A DNA stretch of 64,000 nucleotides, from NCBI GenBank assembly GCA_902632545.1, contig CACPCX010000003.1, positions 46,033 through 110,032 of the forward strand, read 5' to 3'. A program made the position numbers and the translations under genes. The notes under the pieces were generated by a model. That model was given only the letters and a program-made list of their open reading frames with translations. It did no database searches and had not been told where the DNA came from. How positions within the stretch are numbered: position 1 is the stretch's first letter; each line of letters begins with the position of its first letter. Shown in pieces: positions 8,866 through 18,907 of this stretch. The DNA comes from an uncultured Pelagibacteraceae bacterium (GTDB lineage: Bacteria; Pseudomonadota; Alphaproteobacteria; Pelagibacterales; Pelagibacteraceae).

Positions 8866-9888
8866 TCATAATAATCCTGTCTTTTCAGGAAGATTAAATT
8901 TATTATTTAAATTTTGTACAGCCTGGCCTGCTCCACCCTTAATTAAATTATCTATAGCAGATAAAATGATAATTTTATTGCTATATTTAGATTTGCACAC
9001 AGAAATATAGCAATTATTAGTATTTATTACATCATTGGTACTCAACAACGTGTCAGACTTTAATATTTTTACAAAACTCTCTTTTTTATAAAAACTATTT
9101 AATGTTTTTAGCACTTGTGTTTGTGAAATATTATTTTCTAAGTCAACATATATTGTACTTAGAATACCTCTGAACATTGGTGATAAATGAGGAGTGAAAC
9201 TAAATTGAAATTTTTTCTTAGTAAATTTTCTTAACATTTGATCTATTTCAGAATTGTGACGATGAAAACCTACTCCGTAAGCACTCAAAGACTCGTATAG
9301 GTTTTTATTTTTATATTTTTTGTGAACTCCTCTACCAGCACCAGAATAACCAGATTTTGAGTCAATTATAATATTATTAAATTTAATTAAATTTTTCTTA
9401 AATAAAGGAAATAGGGGTAGCAATATTGATGTCGGATAACATCCTGGGCATGAAATAATATTATAATTTTTAATCTTTTCTCTATTTATCTCAGGCAGCA
9501 AATAAATACTTTTTTTAATTAAATTAGTTGCTCGATGTTTTTGTTTATACCACTTCAAATAATCAGAAGCTTTTTCTAGTCTAAAATCAGCAGCGAGATC
9601 AATTAGGGTTTGATTGCTACTTAAATTTTTTGATATATCATGTGCTTCTCCATTTGGGAGTGCTGTAAAAATAATATGAATATTATTTAATAGTTTCTTA
9701 TTAAACTTAACAATTTTTGGTAATTTATGTTTAGATAGAGATTTTTCATATAGTGAAATATTTTTACCTACTGAAGAATTACCACAAAGATGTTTAATAT
9801 TAACATACTTGTGTTTAACTAATAATTTAATTAATTGAACACCAATATATCCTGTTGATCCAGCAACTAATGCATTAAGCTTAGGCAT
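8866..9888 (-). CDS. argC: N-acetyl-gamma-glutamyl-phosphate reductase
   Basis: GSTGYIG, PGCYPT, SGYSGAG, DNLIKGGAGQAVQN. Confidence 0.96.
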   Translation of the reverse strand: MPKLNALVAGSTGYIGVQLIKLLVKHKYVNIKHLCGNSSVGKNISLYEKSLSKHKLPKIVKFNKKLLNNIHIIFTALPNGEAHDISKNLSSNQTLIDLAADFRLEKASDYLKWYKQKHRATNLIKKSIYLLPEINREKIKNYNIISCPGCYPTSILLPLFPLFKKNLIKFNNIIIDSKSGYSGAGRGVHKKYKNKNLYESLSAYGVGFHRHNSEIDQMLRKFTKKKFQFSFTPHLSPMFRGILSTIYVDLENNISQTQVLKTLNSFYKKESFVKILKSDTLLSTNDVINTNNCYISVCKSKYSNKIIILSAIDNLIKGGAGQAVQNLNNKFNLPEKTGLL

Positions 9889-9921
9889 TTTTTATTATAA
9901 CAGTTAAAAATTAAAAAAAAA

Positions 9922-10359
9922 TTATCTTTTAGAGAATTGGAAGCTTCTTCTAGCTTTCCTTCTACCAGGTTTTTTTCTTTCAACTGCCCTAGAGTCTCTG
10001 GTAGTCAGTTTCTCTGTTTTTAAGGTGGCTTTTAAATTTTCATCAAATAATATTAAAGCTTTTGAAATACCATGCACCATAGCACCTGCTTGACCTGTAG
10101 GCCCTCCACCCTTTACACTGCATCTAACATCGTAGTCTGTGGCCTGATTAATAATTTCAAAAGGTCTCGTAATTTGCATTTTATGAGTTTCGTCAGCAAA
10201 ATAATCACTAAATAATTTACCATTTACATAAATTTTACCAGATCCTTTTTTTAACCAAACTTTTGCAATTGAAGTTTTTCTTCTTCCAGTTGCGTATTTA
10301 CTATCCTTAAAGTCTAGTTTTAACTTAGGAGATTTTGAAGCTGTTTGAGTATTTTCCAT
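9922..10359 (-). CDS. rpsI: 30S ribosomal protein S9
   Basis: ATGRRKTS, GGGPTGQAGA, ERKKPG...QFSKR. Confidence 0.98.
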   Translation of the reverse strand: MENTQTASKSPKLKLDFKDSKYATGRRKTSIAKVWLKKGSGKIYVNGKLFSDYFADETHKMQITRPFEIINQATDYDVRCSVKGGGPTGQAGAMVHGISKALILFDENLKATLKTEKLTTRDSRAVERKKPGRRKARRSFQFSKR

Positions 10360-10360
10360 A

Positions 10361-10819
10361 TTAATTTCTAGCTATATTTTTACTATTAAGTTTATCTAAC
10401 TCGATAACTTTAGGATTTTGAGCACTGTGTGGGTGATCATTTCCTGAATAAATTTTTAATTTTGTTAGTTGCTTTCTTCCTAAAACTCCACCTGGCAACA
10501 TTCTTTTAACTGCCATTTTTAAAGTTTCTCCAGGTTTTTTTTCATGGAGTTTTTCTGGTGTAGTAACTTTAATTCCTCCAGGGTGACCAGTATGTCTGTA
10601 ATATTTTTTATCTTGAAATTTTTTTCCAGTAAATTTTGCTTGTTCAATATTTTTAACTACAACAAAATCACCATCATCCATATGTGGAGTATATGTGGTT
10701 TTATTTTTTCCTCTGATAATATTAGATACAACAGTTGCTAATCTTCCAACTACAGCATTTTTTGCATCTATTTCATACCAAGATGAATTTAATTGGTCTT
10801 TTTTAGTGAATTTTGTCAT
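10361..10819 (-). CDS. rplM: 50S ribosomal protein L13
   Basis: GRLAT, YTPHMDDGD, YYRHTGHPGG. Confidence 0.98.
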   Translation of the reverse strand: MTKFTKKDQLNSSWYEIDAKNAVVGRLATVVSNIIRGKNKTTYTPHMDDGDFVVVKNIEQAKFTGKKFQDKKYYRHTGHPGGIKVTTPEKLHEKKPGETLKMAVKRMLPGGVLGRKQLTKLKIYSGNDHPHSAQNPKVIELDKLNSKNIARN

Positions 10820-10899
10820 TGTGCGAGGATTAATACTATTAATAATTACAAAGTCAATTTTATATTTAGCTTGAATAATATAGCTTATATGCTAAAAAG

Positions 10900-10946
10900 T
10901 GTCTGCCGATTTGATCCTATTGCGGGCATATAACTGCTAAAAAGGA
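10900..10946 (+). promoter_or_regulatory. SAM-II-like riboswitch aptamer
   Basis: UGCC-GAUUUGAUCCUAUUGCG-GGCA...GCUAAAAAGG matches the SAM-II layout (GAUUURA loop, UAUUGC, GCUAAA tail). P2a pairing is weak by eye. Confidence 0.62.
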
Positions 10947-10971
10947 ATTATTCACAACATAGCAAATCGGT

Positions 10972-11027
10972 AGGCATTTGAACTGTATTGTGCGCCTTAC
11001 ATAAAGTTAAAGCACTAAAAAAGGAGT
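10972..11027 (+). promoter_or_regulatory. SAM-V riboswitch abutting the metY Shine-Dalgarno
   Basis: AGGC-AUUUGAACUGUAUUGUGC-GCCU P1; loop GUGC pairs with GCAC; UAAAAAA is followed by the GGAG SD. Upstream of a sulfur-metabolism gene. Confidence 0.9.
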
Positions 11028-11030
11028 AAA

Positions 11031-12359
11031 ATGAGTAAAAAAAGAAATAATCCAGAAACCATAGCTATACATGGTGGTGACTACAGGTGCGATCCAGCGA
11101 CGAATGCTGTTGCTGTTCCAATTTATAGAACAACTTCCTACCAATTTAATAATACAGAGCATGCTGCAAATCTCTTCGCTCTAAAAGAGTTTGGAAATAT
11201 TTATACTCGTATTATGAATCCAACAAATGATGTGCTGGAAAAAAGAGTAGCAGCACTAGAGGGTGGACTTGCTTGCCTAACAGTATCATCAGGACAAACA
11301 GCTTCAACTTTTGCTGTGCTAAACGTTGCTCAAGCTGGTGATAATATAGTCAGCTCCACTGATCTTTATGGAGGAACAGTATCTTTATTCACACATACAC
11401 TTAGTAAACTCGGTGTAGAAATAAGATATGCAGATCCAAGCAATCCAGAAAATTTTGAAAAGTTAATAGATGACAAAACTAGAGCTTTTTATGGTGAAAC
11501 TCTTCCAAATCCATATCTAAGAGTGTTTCCAATACAGGAGGTTTCTGACATTGGAAGAAAATATAATATACCATTAATAATGGATAACACTGCAGCACCT
11601 GTTATTTGCAAACCAATTGAACATGGAGCAGCTGTAGTAATACATTCACTTACTAAATATATCGGTGGACATGGGACAGCGGTAGCAGGAAGTATCGTTG
11701 ATAGTGGTAATTTTGATTGGACAGCAGACCCAAAAAGACAACCACTTTTTAATGAACCAGATGCAAGTTATAACAATGTAATTTGGGGAAAAGCTGTACC
11801 GGAACTAACTGGTGCAAATGTACCATTTGCAGTTAGAGCAAGAGTCTGCTTATTAAGAGACTTAGGATCAGCTCTGGCACCAGATAATGCTTTTGCAATA
11901 ATTCAAGGACTTGAAACAGTTGCCTTAAGAATGAAACAACATTGTTCTAATGCTGAGCAGGTACTTAATTTTTTAAAAAAGCACAAAGAAGTTACAAAAG
12001 TTATTTATTCTACAGAACACAACACACAGTTTGCAGATAGAGCAAAAAAATACCTTAAAGGTGGAAATGGACCAATGATTGGTATTGAGCTTAAAGGTGG
12101 AATTGAGGCTGGAAAAAAATTCATTGAGTCTTTAAGAATGTTTTATCATGTTGCAAATATTGGTGATGTTAGAAGTTTAGCGATTCATCCTGCAAGCACA
12201 ACTCATAGTCAATTAAATGAAAAAGAACTAGCTGCATCAGGTGTTACCCAAAGTTATGTAAGACTTTGTATCGGAATTGAACATATTGATGATATTATTG
12301 AGGATCTAGATCAAGCATTGAATAAATCTTCGAAGGGTAACTTAAAAGCTGTTAGTTAA
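11031..12359 (+). CDS. metY: O-acetylhomoserine aminocarboxypropyltransferase
   Basis: GNIYTRIMNPT, HSLTKYIGGHG (PLP Lys), IHPASTTHSQL. Confidence 0.95.
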   Translation: MSKKRNNPETIAIHGGDYRCDPATNAVAVPIYRTTSYQFNNTEHAANLFALKEFGNIYTRIMNPTNDVLEKRVAALEGGLACLTVSSGQTASTFAVLNVAQAGDNIVSSTDLYGGTVSLFTHTLSKLGVEIRYADPSNPENFEKLIDDKTRAFYGETLPNPYLRVFPIQEVSDIGRKYNIPLIMDNTAAPVICKPIEHGAAVVIHSLTKYIGGHGTAVAGSIVDSGNFDWTADPKRQPLFNEPDASYNNVIWGKAVPELTGANVPFAVRARVCLLRDLGSALAPDNAFAIIQGLETVALRMKQHCSNAEQVLNFLKKHKEVTKVIYSTEHNTQFADRAKKYLKGGNGPMIGIELKGGIEAGKKFIESLRMFYHVANIGDVRSLAIHPASTTHSQLNEKELAASGVTQSYVRLCIGIEHIDDIIEDLDQALNKSSKGNLKAVS

Positions 12360-12388
12360 TTTGAAATTTTAGTGTCTACAAATAGAAC

Positions 12389-13417
12389 TTAACCAATATT
12401 TTCTTTTTTATATCTCACGATATAAAGAAAATACAAAGTTGAAAGAATTATTAAAATAGAATTTATCTGGTGTAGAGATGCATAAAACATTTTTACCCCA
12501 GATAAAATTGTAAGAACTCCTAAAAAAATTTGAAATAATAATGCAATTCCAATAATAAAAATTGGGATTCTTAAATTTTTATTTCCATTTTTTAAGACAA
12601 AATAAAGTATGTAAAAATATATTATGACAATTAAATATGCTAAATTTCTATGAATAAATTGAACAAGTGATTGATCATCAAAAACTGTGAGATTAAAAAA
12701 ATCTGTTATCAAGCTGTCATCAGGAAAATATGATGAACCCATTAAAGGCCAAGTATTATAAATTTTCCCTGCATCCATTCCTGAAACAAATGCTCCAATT
12801 ATTAATTGTAAAAATAATAATAAAAGAAAAAATTTAACTAAGTTTAATCTAATATTAATTTGATTAATTTTTATATCAGTTAGATTTAAATATTTCCAAA
12901 AAACTATAGATAAAATTATAAAAGCAGTAACCAAATGTAATGATAATCTATAATGACTAACATCAACTCTATCAATCAAACCACTTGAAACCATATACCA
13001 TCCAACAAATCCTTGAAAACACACTAAAAAAAAAATAATTGAATATTCTCTTAAAATCCAAAAACCATTTTTAATTGTAAAATAGATCATAGGTAAAAAA
13101 ACAGTTAAACCAATTAATCTACCCAATTGACGATGTGCCCATTCCCACCAAAAAATAATCTTAAATTCATTTAGAGTCATATTAAAATTTTGCTCTTTAT
13201 ATTCAGGTATTGTTTTATAAAGATCAAAATACTCTATCCATTTATCATTTGTTAGTGGAGGCATAGTGCCAATAAATAATTCCCAAGTGGTAATAGACAA
13301 TCCGGAGTCAGTTAATCTGGTTAGACCACCCACGAGAATAATAAGCACAATCATTACTAATAAAGTGATCATCCATATTTTTAATTTAGAATTTAAAGAA
13401 TAATTCTGACTGTACAT
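12389..13417 (-). CDS. ctaA: Heme A synthase (COX15/CtaA)
   Basis: GGLTRLTDSGLSI, WEWAHR, QFIHR, LHQ. Confidence 0.95.
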   Translation of the reverse strand: MYSQNYSLNSKLKIWMITLLVMIVLIILVGGLTRLTDSGLSITTWELFIGTMPPLTNDKWIEYFDLYKTIPEYKEQNFNMTLNEFKIIFWWEWAHRQLGRLIGLTVFLPMIYFTIKNGFWILREYSIIFFLVCFQGFVGWYMVSSGLIDRVDVSHYRLSLHLVTAFIILSIVFWKYLNLTDIKINQINIRLNLVKFFLLLLFLQLIIGAFVSGMDAGKIYNTWPLMGSSYFPDDSLITDFFNLTVFDDQSLVQFIHRNLAYLIVIIYFYILYFVLKNGNKNLRIPIFIIGIALLFQIFLGVLTILSGVKMFYASLHQINSILIILSTLYFLYIVRYKKENIG

Positions 13418-13460
13418 GAATAGATAAATATAATAATTATTAATTAAACCAATAAATTAA

Positions 13461-13751
13461 ATGTCGCCTAAAAACAAAAAAAAATTAAAAATAATAAGAT
13501 CTAAATTAGATAAGTTAGATAATAAGCTATTATCACTAATTAAATATAGAACAAATCTTGTAAATGAAGTTTTAAAACTTAAAGAGTTTAAAAAAGAAAT
13601 AGTAGATAAAAAGCGTATTAATTTTATTCTTAAGAAAATTCAATCAAAATCTAAAAAACTTAAGATAGATCCTAAAATTACTAATCGTATATGGAAAAAT
13701 ATGATCTTATCTTATATTGATTACGAAAAGAGAAATTTCAAAAAAAAATAA
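13461..13751 (+). CDS. Chorismate mutase type II (AroQ)
   Basis: IRSKLDKLDNKLLSLIKYR...K...IVDKKR. Confidence 0.8.
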   Translation: MSPKNKKKLKIIRSKLDKLDNKLLSLIKYRTNLVNEVLKLKEFKKEIVDKKRINFILKKIQSKSKKLKIDPKITNRIWKNMILSYIDYEKRNFKKK

Positions 13752-13943
13752 CTACTTGCTGTGTGGTGGAAGCTTCTTTTCTACAAACATTTCATGTTTT
13801 CTGGTATCAGGATTATATTTTTTTGCTGAAAGCTTAACTTTAGCCTTCTCACCTCCAGCAGGTTTTTTTACATAGTAGAAATAAGGACTATCAGGTTTAG
13901 CTTCTGGAACCATTCTTACTTTAACGTGCGTTTTTTTTGCCAT
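13752..13943 (-). CDS. rpmG: 50S ribosomal protein L33 (Cys-free type)
   Basis: YFYYVKK...KLSAKKYNPDTRKHEMFVEKK. Confidence 0.92.
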   Translation of the reverse strand: MAKKTHVKVRMVPEAKPDSPYFYYVKKPAGGEKAKVKLSAKKYNPDTRKHEMFVEKKLPPHSK

Positions 13944-14304
13944 TTTTTAATTCTTTTAATTTATTTGAAATATTTAATAACTTGTTTTTCAAATTTTCAG
14001 CTCTTATAGATTTATCTGCAATTTCGTCAAGCTTTAAAGAGTCTTCATTATTTAATATTTTTTTTACACCATTTATTGTCATGCCCTGTTCTTTAAGTAA
14101 AAATTTAACCTTTTTAAGAAGGTTTATTGTTTTTTCATCATAATAGCGTCTATTTGAACTTAATATTTTTGGTTTAATTTGTTTAAATTGAGTCTCCCAA
14201 AATCTAATTACATGTGTTGATAAAATACCTTTGTTATTTGATTTAAGATTTAATATTTTAGCAACTTCGCCAATAGTTTTGTAAGCACTATCTAATTTAC
14301 CCAT
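13921..14304 (-). CDS. MerR family regulator (ihfA-linked)
   Basis: YKTIGEVA, HVIRFWETQF, RRYY, GMTINGV; conserved position after ihfA. Confidence 0.9.
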   Translation of the reverse strand: MGKLDSAYKTIGEVAKILNLKSNNKGILSTHVIRFWETQFKQIKPKILSSNRRYYDEKTINLLKKVKFLLKEQGMTINGVKKILNNEDSLKLDEIADKSIRAENLKNKLLNISNKLKELKNGKKNAR

Positions 14305-14596
14305 TATCCTTTAAATTTATAAATTCTCTAAATTCCTTAGAGGGCTTGAACAACACTACTTCTCTACTAGAAATAATCTTTATTTCTTTTGTTTTAGGGT
14401 TTCTTCCAATTCTAGATTTTTTTTGTCTTATAGAAAAGGTACCAAATCTTGATAATTTTAATTTTTTTTCATATTTAATATTAGACACAATAGTAGATAA
14501 AAAATCATCAATTAAATTTTCTGAGATTTGTTTTGAAAATCCTAATCGCATATAGACTAAATTAACTAAGTCCTTTTTAGTTAAATTAATTCTCAT
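14297..14596 (-). CDS. ihfA: Integration host factor alpha
   Basis: LTKKDL, FGTF, RIGRNPKT, FKPS. Confidence 0.9.
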   Translation of the reverse strand: MRINLTKKDLVNLVYMRLGFSKQISENLIDDFLSTIVSNIKYEKKLKLSRFGTFSIRQKKSRIGRNPKTKEIKIISSREVVLFKPSKEFREFINLKDNG

Positions 14597-14597
14597 A

Positions 14598-15599
14598 TTA
14601 AATATTTTGCTTAATCTTTTCTATCAAATTACCTTTAACAATTCTATGACAAACATCTAAAGAATTCGAAAAACCAATATAGTCTGTTCCACCATGACTT
14701 TTAACAACTGGTGAGTCTAATCCAATAAAGATAGCTCCATTATATAGTCTAGGATCTAGTCTTTTCTTAAATTTCTTTAAGTTTGATAGATTTAACAGAG
14801 ATGAAATTTTACCTATTAAATTACCAGTCATAGCATTTTTTAATTCACTAGTTATAAAATTTGCAGTACCTTCTGCTGTTTTCAATGCAACATTGCCAGT
14901 AAATCCATCGGAAACTACCACATTAACCTTACCATCCATTAGATGATTCCCCTCAATGTATCCATCAAAATTATAATTATCTGATTTTTTTTCGTTTAAT
15001 AATTGATAAGTTTCTTTAATAACTTCATTGCCTTTCAATTCTTCAGAACCAATATTTAATAAAGCTACATTTGGTTTTTCTTCGGGATAAAGTGAAGTGA
15101 AAAGTGATGCACCCATAATAGAAAAATCTAATAAATTTTTTGAGCTACATTCAATGTTAGCACCTAAATCCAAAACAACACTCATTCCTTTTTTGTTTGG
15201 CCACAAGGCAGAAAGTGCTGGCTTATCTATGTTATCAATCATTTTTAAATTTAACTTAGATACAACTAATAATGCTCCAGTGTTTCCCGCAGATATAACT
15301 ATATCACTCTGTTTATCTTTAACACTTTGGATTGCAAGCCACATGCTTGTGTTTTTGCCTCTTTTAGCACCTTCTAGAGGACTATCTGTGCTTTCTATTT
15401 TCTTTTCAGTGTGAATTATCTCAAAATATTCTGTTGGAATTTTTCCATTGATTAATGGGTATATTTTATTTTTATCACCAAAAATATTGAAAAAATTATT
15501 TTTGTTTGATTTATTATTTAAAATAATTCCATCAATTATTTTCTTTGGTGAGCCATCACCACCCATTGCATCAACTGCAATTTTAATCATATCTGACAT
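14598..15599 (-). CDS. plsX: Phosphate acyltransferase
   Basis: AVDAMGGD, SAGNTGA, DLGAN, VKSHG. Confidence 0.97.
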   Translation of the reverse strand: MSDMIKIAVDAMGGDGSPKKIIDGIILNNKSNKNNFFNIFGDKNKIYPLINGKIPTEYFEIIHTEKKIESTDSPLEGAKRGKNTSMWLAIQSVKDKQSDIVISAGNTGALLVVSKLNLKMIDNIDKPALSALWPNKKGMSVVLDLGANIECSSKNLLDFSIMGASLFTSLYPEEKPNVALLNIGSEELKGNEVIKETYQLLNEKKSDNYNFDGYIEGNHLMDGKVNVVVSDGFTGNVALKTAEGTANFITSELKNAMTGNLIGKISSLLNLSNLKKFKKRLDPRLYNGAIFIGLDSPVVKSHGGTDYIGFSNSLDVCHRIVKGNLIEKIKQNI

Positions 15600-15611
15600 T
15601 ATAATTGTTAA

Positions 15612-15794
15612 TTACTCTTTTGGGTCTAAAACTTGTCTACCCTTGTACATACCAGTTTTTAAATCAAGATGATGTGAAAGTCTGTATTCACCTGACTTTT
15701 TATCCTCAACTATATTTTTAGTTGAAAATTTCATTGTTTGAGCCCTTCTCATTCCTGTTCTGGATGGAGTTTGTTTTCGTTTAGGTACAGCCAT
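15612..15794 (-). CDS. rpmF: 50S ribosomal protein L32 (Cys-free type)
   Basis: MAVPKRK...[15 protein letters not shown]. Confidence 0.96.
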   Translation of the reverse strand: MAVPKRKQTPSRTGMRRAQTMKFSTKNIVEDKKSGEYRLSHHLDLKTGMYKGRQVLDPKE

Positions 15795-15796
15795 AA

Positions 15797-16264
15797 TTAT
15801 GCGTTACTTACACTTTTTAAATAAGAATTCAAAGTTTTTTTTGATAATTTTTGGTTAAAATCCTCAAAATAATCAACTAAATATTCAATATTTTCTATAT
15901 CAACCAAAAAATTAGAAATTTTTTTTGATTTTTCTGTTTTTGTTAAAGTTTCCCAAAAATGTATATCGGAAACCATGCCATGAAAAACATTAATATATAC
16001 CTTCATTTTTTTATTTATTGATTGATCACCATAACCTATTTCTCTTATGCTCAACTCTAATTGCCTAAAGTTAAAATCATAAATCTCTTGTAAAATTGAA
16101 CTATTATTTTGATTCTTAAAATTTTTCAAAAAAAAAGCAAAATGTAACAAAAAAAAAATTAAACGTTCTGAAAAAGTATCTTGCTTTTTAAAGTTTATAT
16201 AAAGATCTTTATTAGTAGCTAATTTAATAAGATTATTATAAAGATTAAGGTAATTATTTTTCAT
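15797..16264 (-). CDS. Ubiquinol-cytochrome c chaperone (Cbp3 family)
   Basis: DTFSERL...LH and [17 protein letters not shown]; divergent from bamE as in other alphaproteobacteria. Start taken as the ATG at 16264. Confidence 0.8.
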   Translation of the reverse strand: MKNNYLNLYNNLIKLATNKDLYINFKKQDTFSERLIFFLLHFAFFLKNFKNQNNSSILQEIYDFNFRQLELSIREIGYGDQSINKKMKVYINVFHGMVSDIHFWETLTKTEKSKKISNFLVDIENIEYLVDYFEDFNQKLSKKTLNSYLKSVSNA

Positions 16265-16727
16265 GAAAAAAATATTTTTAATATTAATCATAATACTTAC
16301 ATCAAACTGTTCATTAAATAAAGTGGTACAACATCATGGTGTTCATAACCTTGAAAAAAAACAAGAAAAACTAAAAATTAATCAATCAAATAAAAATGAT
16401 ATTTTAATGATTATAGGTCCTCCTTCTACAAAAAGTACATTTGATAATGACGTATATATTTATATAGAAAGAAAAACTAGCAGTTCAAAACTTAGAAAAC
16501 TTGGAAAAAAAGTTTTATTAGTAAATAATGTGCTAATACTAGATATAAATCAAAAAGGTTTGTTGGTAAAAAAAGAGTTTTATAATAAGAATGATATGAA
16601 CAAAATAAATTTTGATGATCAAGAGACAAGTGCAGATTATTCAAAAAAATCTTTTATATACAATTTCTTTTCAACCCTGAGACAAAGAATTGATGATCCC
16701 AGGGGTATAAAAAGAACAAAAAATTAA
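16263..16727 (+). CDS. bamE: Outer membrane assembly lipoprotein BamE
   Basis: Lipobox-like TSNC; [15 protein letters not shown]. Confidence 0.85.
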   Translation: MKKIFLILIIILTSNCSLNKVVQHHGVHNLEKKQEKLKINQSNKNDILMIIGPPSTKSTFDNDVYIYIERKTSSSKLRKLGKKVLLVNNVLILDINQKGLLVKKEFYNKNDMNKINFDDQETSADYSKKSFIYNFFSTLRQRIDDPRGIKRTKN

Positions 16728-18829
16728 CCAGCAATCACTGCTAGCAAGAGTAAAGCAACAATATTTGTAATTTTAATCATTGGGTTTACAGCTGGACCAG
16801 CTGTATCTTTATAAGGGTCTCCAACTGTATCACCTGTTACAGCAGCTTTGTGAGCCTCAGATCCTTTGCCACCATGATTACCGTCTTCAATATATTTTTT
16901 AGCATTATCCCACGCACCACCGCCAGCAGTCATAGAAACAGCAACAAATAACCCTGTAATAATTACACCTAACAACATCGCACCTACAGAAGCTAATGCA
17001 GCAACTTGACCACCGATAGACAGAATAATAAAATAAAGAACCACAGGTGAAAGTACAGGTAACAAAGAAGGAATAATCATTTCTTTAATTGCAGCCACTG
17101 TTAATAAATCAACCAATTTGGCGTAATCAGGTTTTTGTTTTCTTTTCATAATACCTGGGAATTTTTTAAACTGTCTTCTTACTTCTACAACAACAGCACC
17201 TCCTGCTCTACCTACCGCTTGCATACCCATTGATCCAAAGAGATAAGGCAACATTCCACCAATCAATAAACCAACAACTACATAAGGGTTAGATAGATCG
17301 AAAGTAACTACAATACCTTCCAATGCAGATCCTGCCTCTTTTGAAAAATGTTTAATGTCCTCAGTATAAGCTGCGAATAAAACTAATGCACCCAATCCAG
17401 CTGAACCTATTGCATAACCTTTTGTGACAGCTTTTGTAGTATTGCCTACAGCATCCAAGGCATCAGTTGTTTTTCTTACTTTTTTATCAAGGTTAGACAT
17501 TTCAGCTATACCGCCAGCATTATCTGTAACTGGGCCGTATGCATCTAAAGCAACAACCATACCTGCTAGTGCAAGCATAGTAGTTACAGCAATTGCAATT
17601 CCAAAAAGACCAGCAATAGAATTTGTAATAAGAATACCAGCTACAATTATCAGTGCAGGTATAGCAGTTGCCTCCATAGAAACAGCTAAACCTTGAATAA
17701 CATTAGTACCATGACCAGTTGTAGATGATAATGCAACAGATTTAACTGGTCTATAACTTGTTCCTGTATAATATTCAGTAATCCAGATCAATAATCCAGT
17801 AATAACTAAACCTATAACACCACAATAATATAGATCCATTCCGTTAAAAGTTTTATCATTTACTGTATATTCATTTGTAAAACCAATTACATAATCTGTA
17901 ACAGGCCACAAAATTGCTAAAGATGCTACTGCAGAAACAACAAATCCTTTATACAAGGCATTCATAACATTCTTACTTTTTCCAAGTTTAACAAAAAATG
18001 TCCCAACAATAGATGTTAACAAACATGCAGCACCAATAGATAAAGGGTAGATCATCATATTTAAATCACCTATAAAGAAAATTGAGGATAAAACCATTGT
18101 TGCAACAATAGTAACAGCATAAGTTTCAAATAAATCAGCAGCCATACCAGCACAATCACCTACGTTGTCACCAACGTTATCTGCAATCACAGCAGGGTTT
18201 CTAGGATCATCTTCTGGAATTCCAGCTTCAACTTTTCCAACTAAATCTGCACCAACGTCAGCACCTTTTGTAAAAATTCCACCACCCAATCTTGCAAAAA
18301 TTGAAATTAATGATGCCCCAAATCCTAATGCAACTAAAGCATTTACAATTTCTCTTTCATCTACATTAGATTTTAACAATATATAATAATAAACAGCTAT
18401 AGATAACAATGCTAGACCAGCAACCAACATTCCAGTAACAGCACCAGATTTAAATGCAACAGAAAGACCTTGAGCTAAGCCTTTTCTAGATGCTTCTGCA
18501 GTTCTAACGTTTGCTTCAACAGAAACTAACATTCCAACATATCCTGCAATACCTGACAAAGCAGCACCTATTAAATATCCAAGACCCACTAGCGGACTAA
18601 ATGCAATACTTACAATTACTAAAACTACAGCCCCAACAATAGCAATAGTTTTATATTGTCTTGCTAAGTATGCTTTTGCACCAATTTGAATCGCGGAAGC
18701 AATGTCTTGCATTTTTGCATTACCCGCACTTGAATTAAGAATATTTTTACCAGTTAAAAATCCATAAACGATAGATAATAAACCAGCTCCAATTGTGTAT
18801 AATAATATTGTTTCGACTGTTCCGCTCAT
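16724..18829 (-). CDS. hppA: Membrane H+-translocating pyrophosphatase, K+-independent type
   Basis: [26 protein letters not shown] (Lys determinant), [10 protein letters not shown]. Confidence 0.96.
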   Translation of the reverse strand: MSGTVETILLYTIGAGLLSIVYGFLTGKNILNSSAGNAKMQDIASAIQIGAKAYLARQYKTIAIVGAVVLVIVSIAFSPLVGLGYLIGAALSGIAGYVGMLVSVEANVRTAEASRKGLAQGLSVAFKSGAVTGMLVAGLALLSIAVYYYILLKSNVDEREIVNALVALGFGASLISIFARLGGGIFTKGADVGADLVGKVEAGIPEDDPRNPAVIADNVGDNVGDCAGMAADLFETYAVTIVATMVLSSIFFIGDLNMMIYPLSIGAACLLTSIVGTFFVKLGKSKNVMNALYKGFVVSAVASLAILWPVTDYVIGFTNEYTVNDKTFNGMDLYYCGVIGLVITGLLIWITEYYTGTSYRPVKSVALSSTTGHGTNVIQGLAVSMEATAIPALIIVAGILITNSIAGLFGIAIAVTTMLALAGMVVALDAYGPVTDNAGGIAEMSNLDKKVRKTTDALDAVGNTTKAVTKGYAIGSAGLGALVLFAAYTEDIKHFSKEAGSALEGIVVTFDLSNPYVVVGLLIGGMLPYLFGSMGMQAVGRAGGAVVVEVRRQFKKFPGIMKRKQKPDYAKLVDLLTVAAIKEMIIPSLLPVLSPVVLYFIILSIGGQVAALASVGAMLLGVIITGLFVAVSMTAGGGAWDNAKKYIEDGNHGGKGSEAHKAAVTGDTVGDPYKDTAGPAVNPMIKITNIVALLLLAVIAG

Positions 18830-18907
18830 ATTAACCTTAAGTTGTTGGTTGATAAATTTTTAAGCCCGCACAATACAAAAAAAGATAGAAAAGACAACGA
18901 TTAACTT

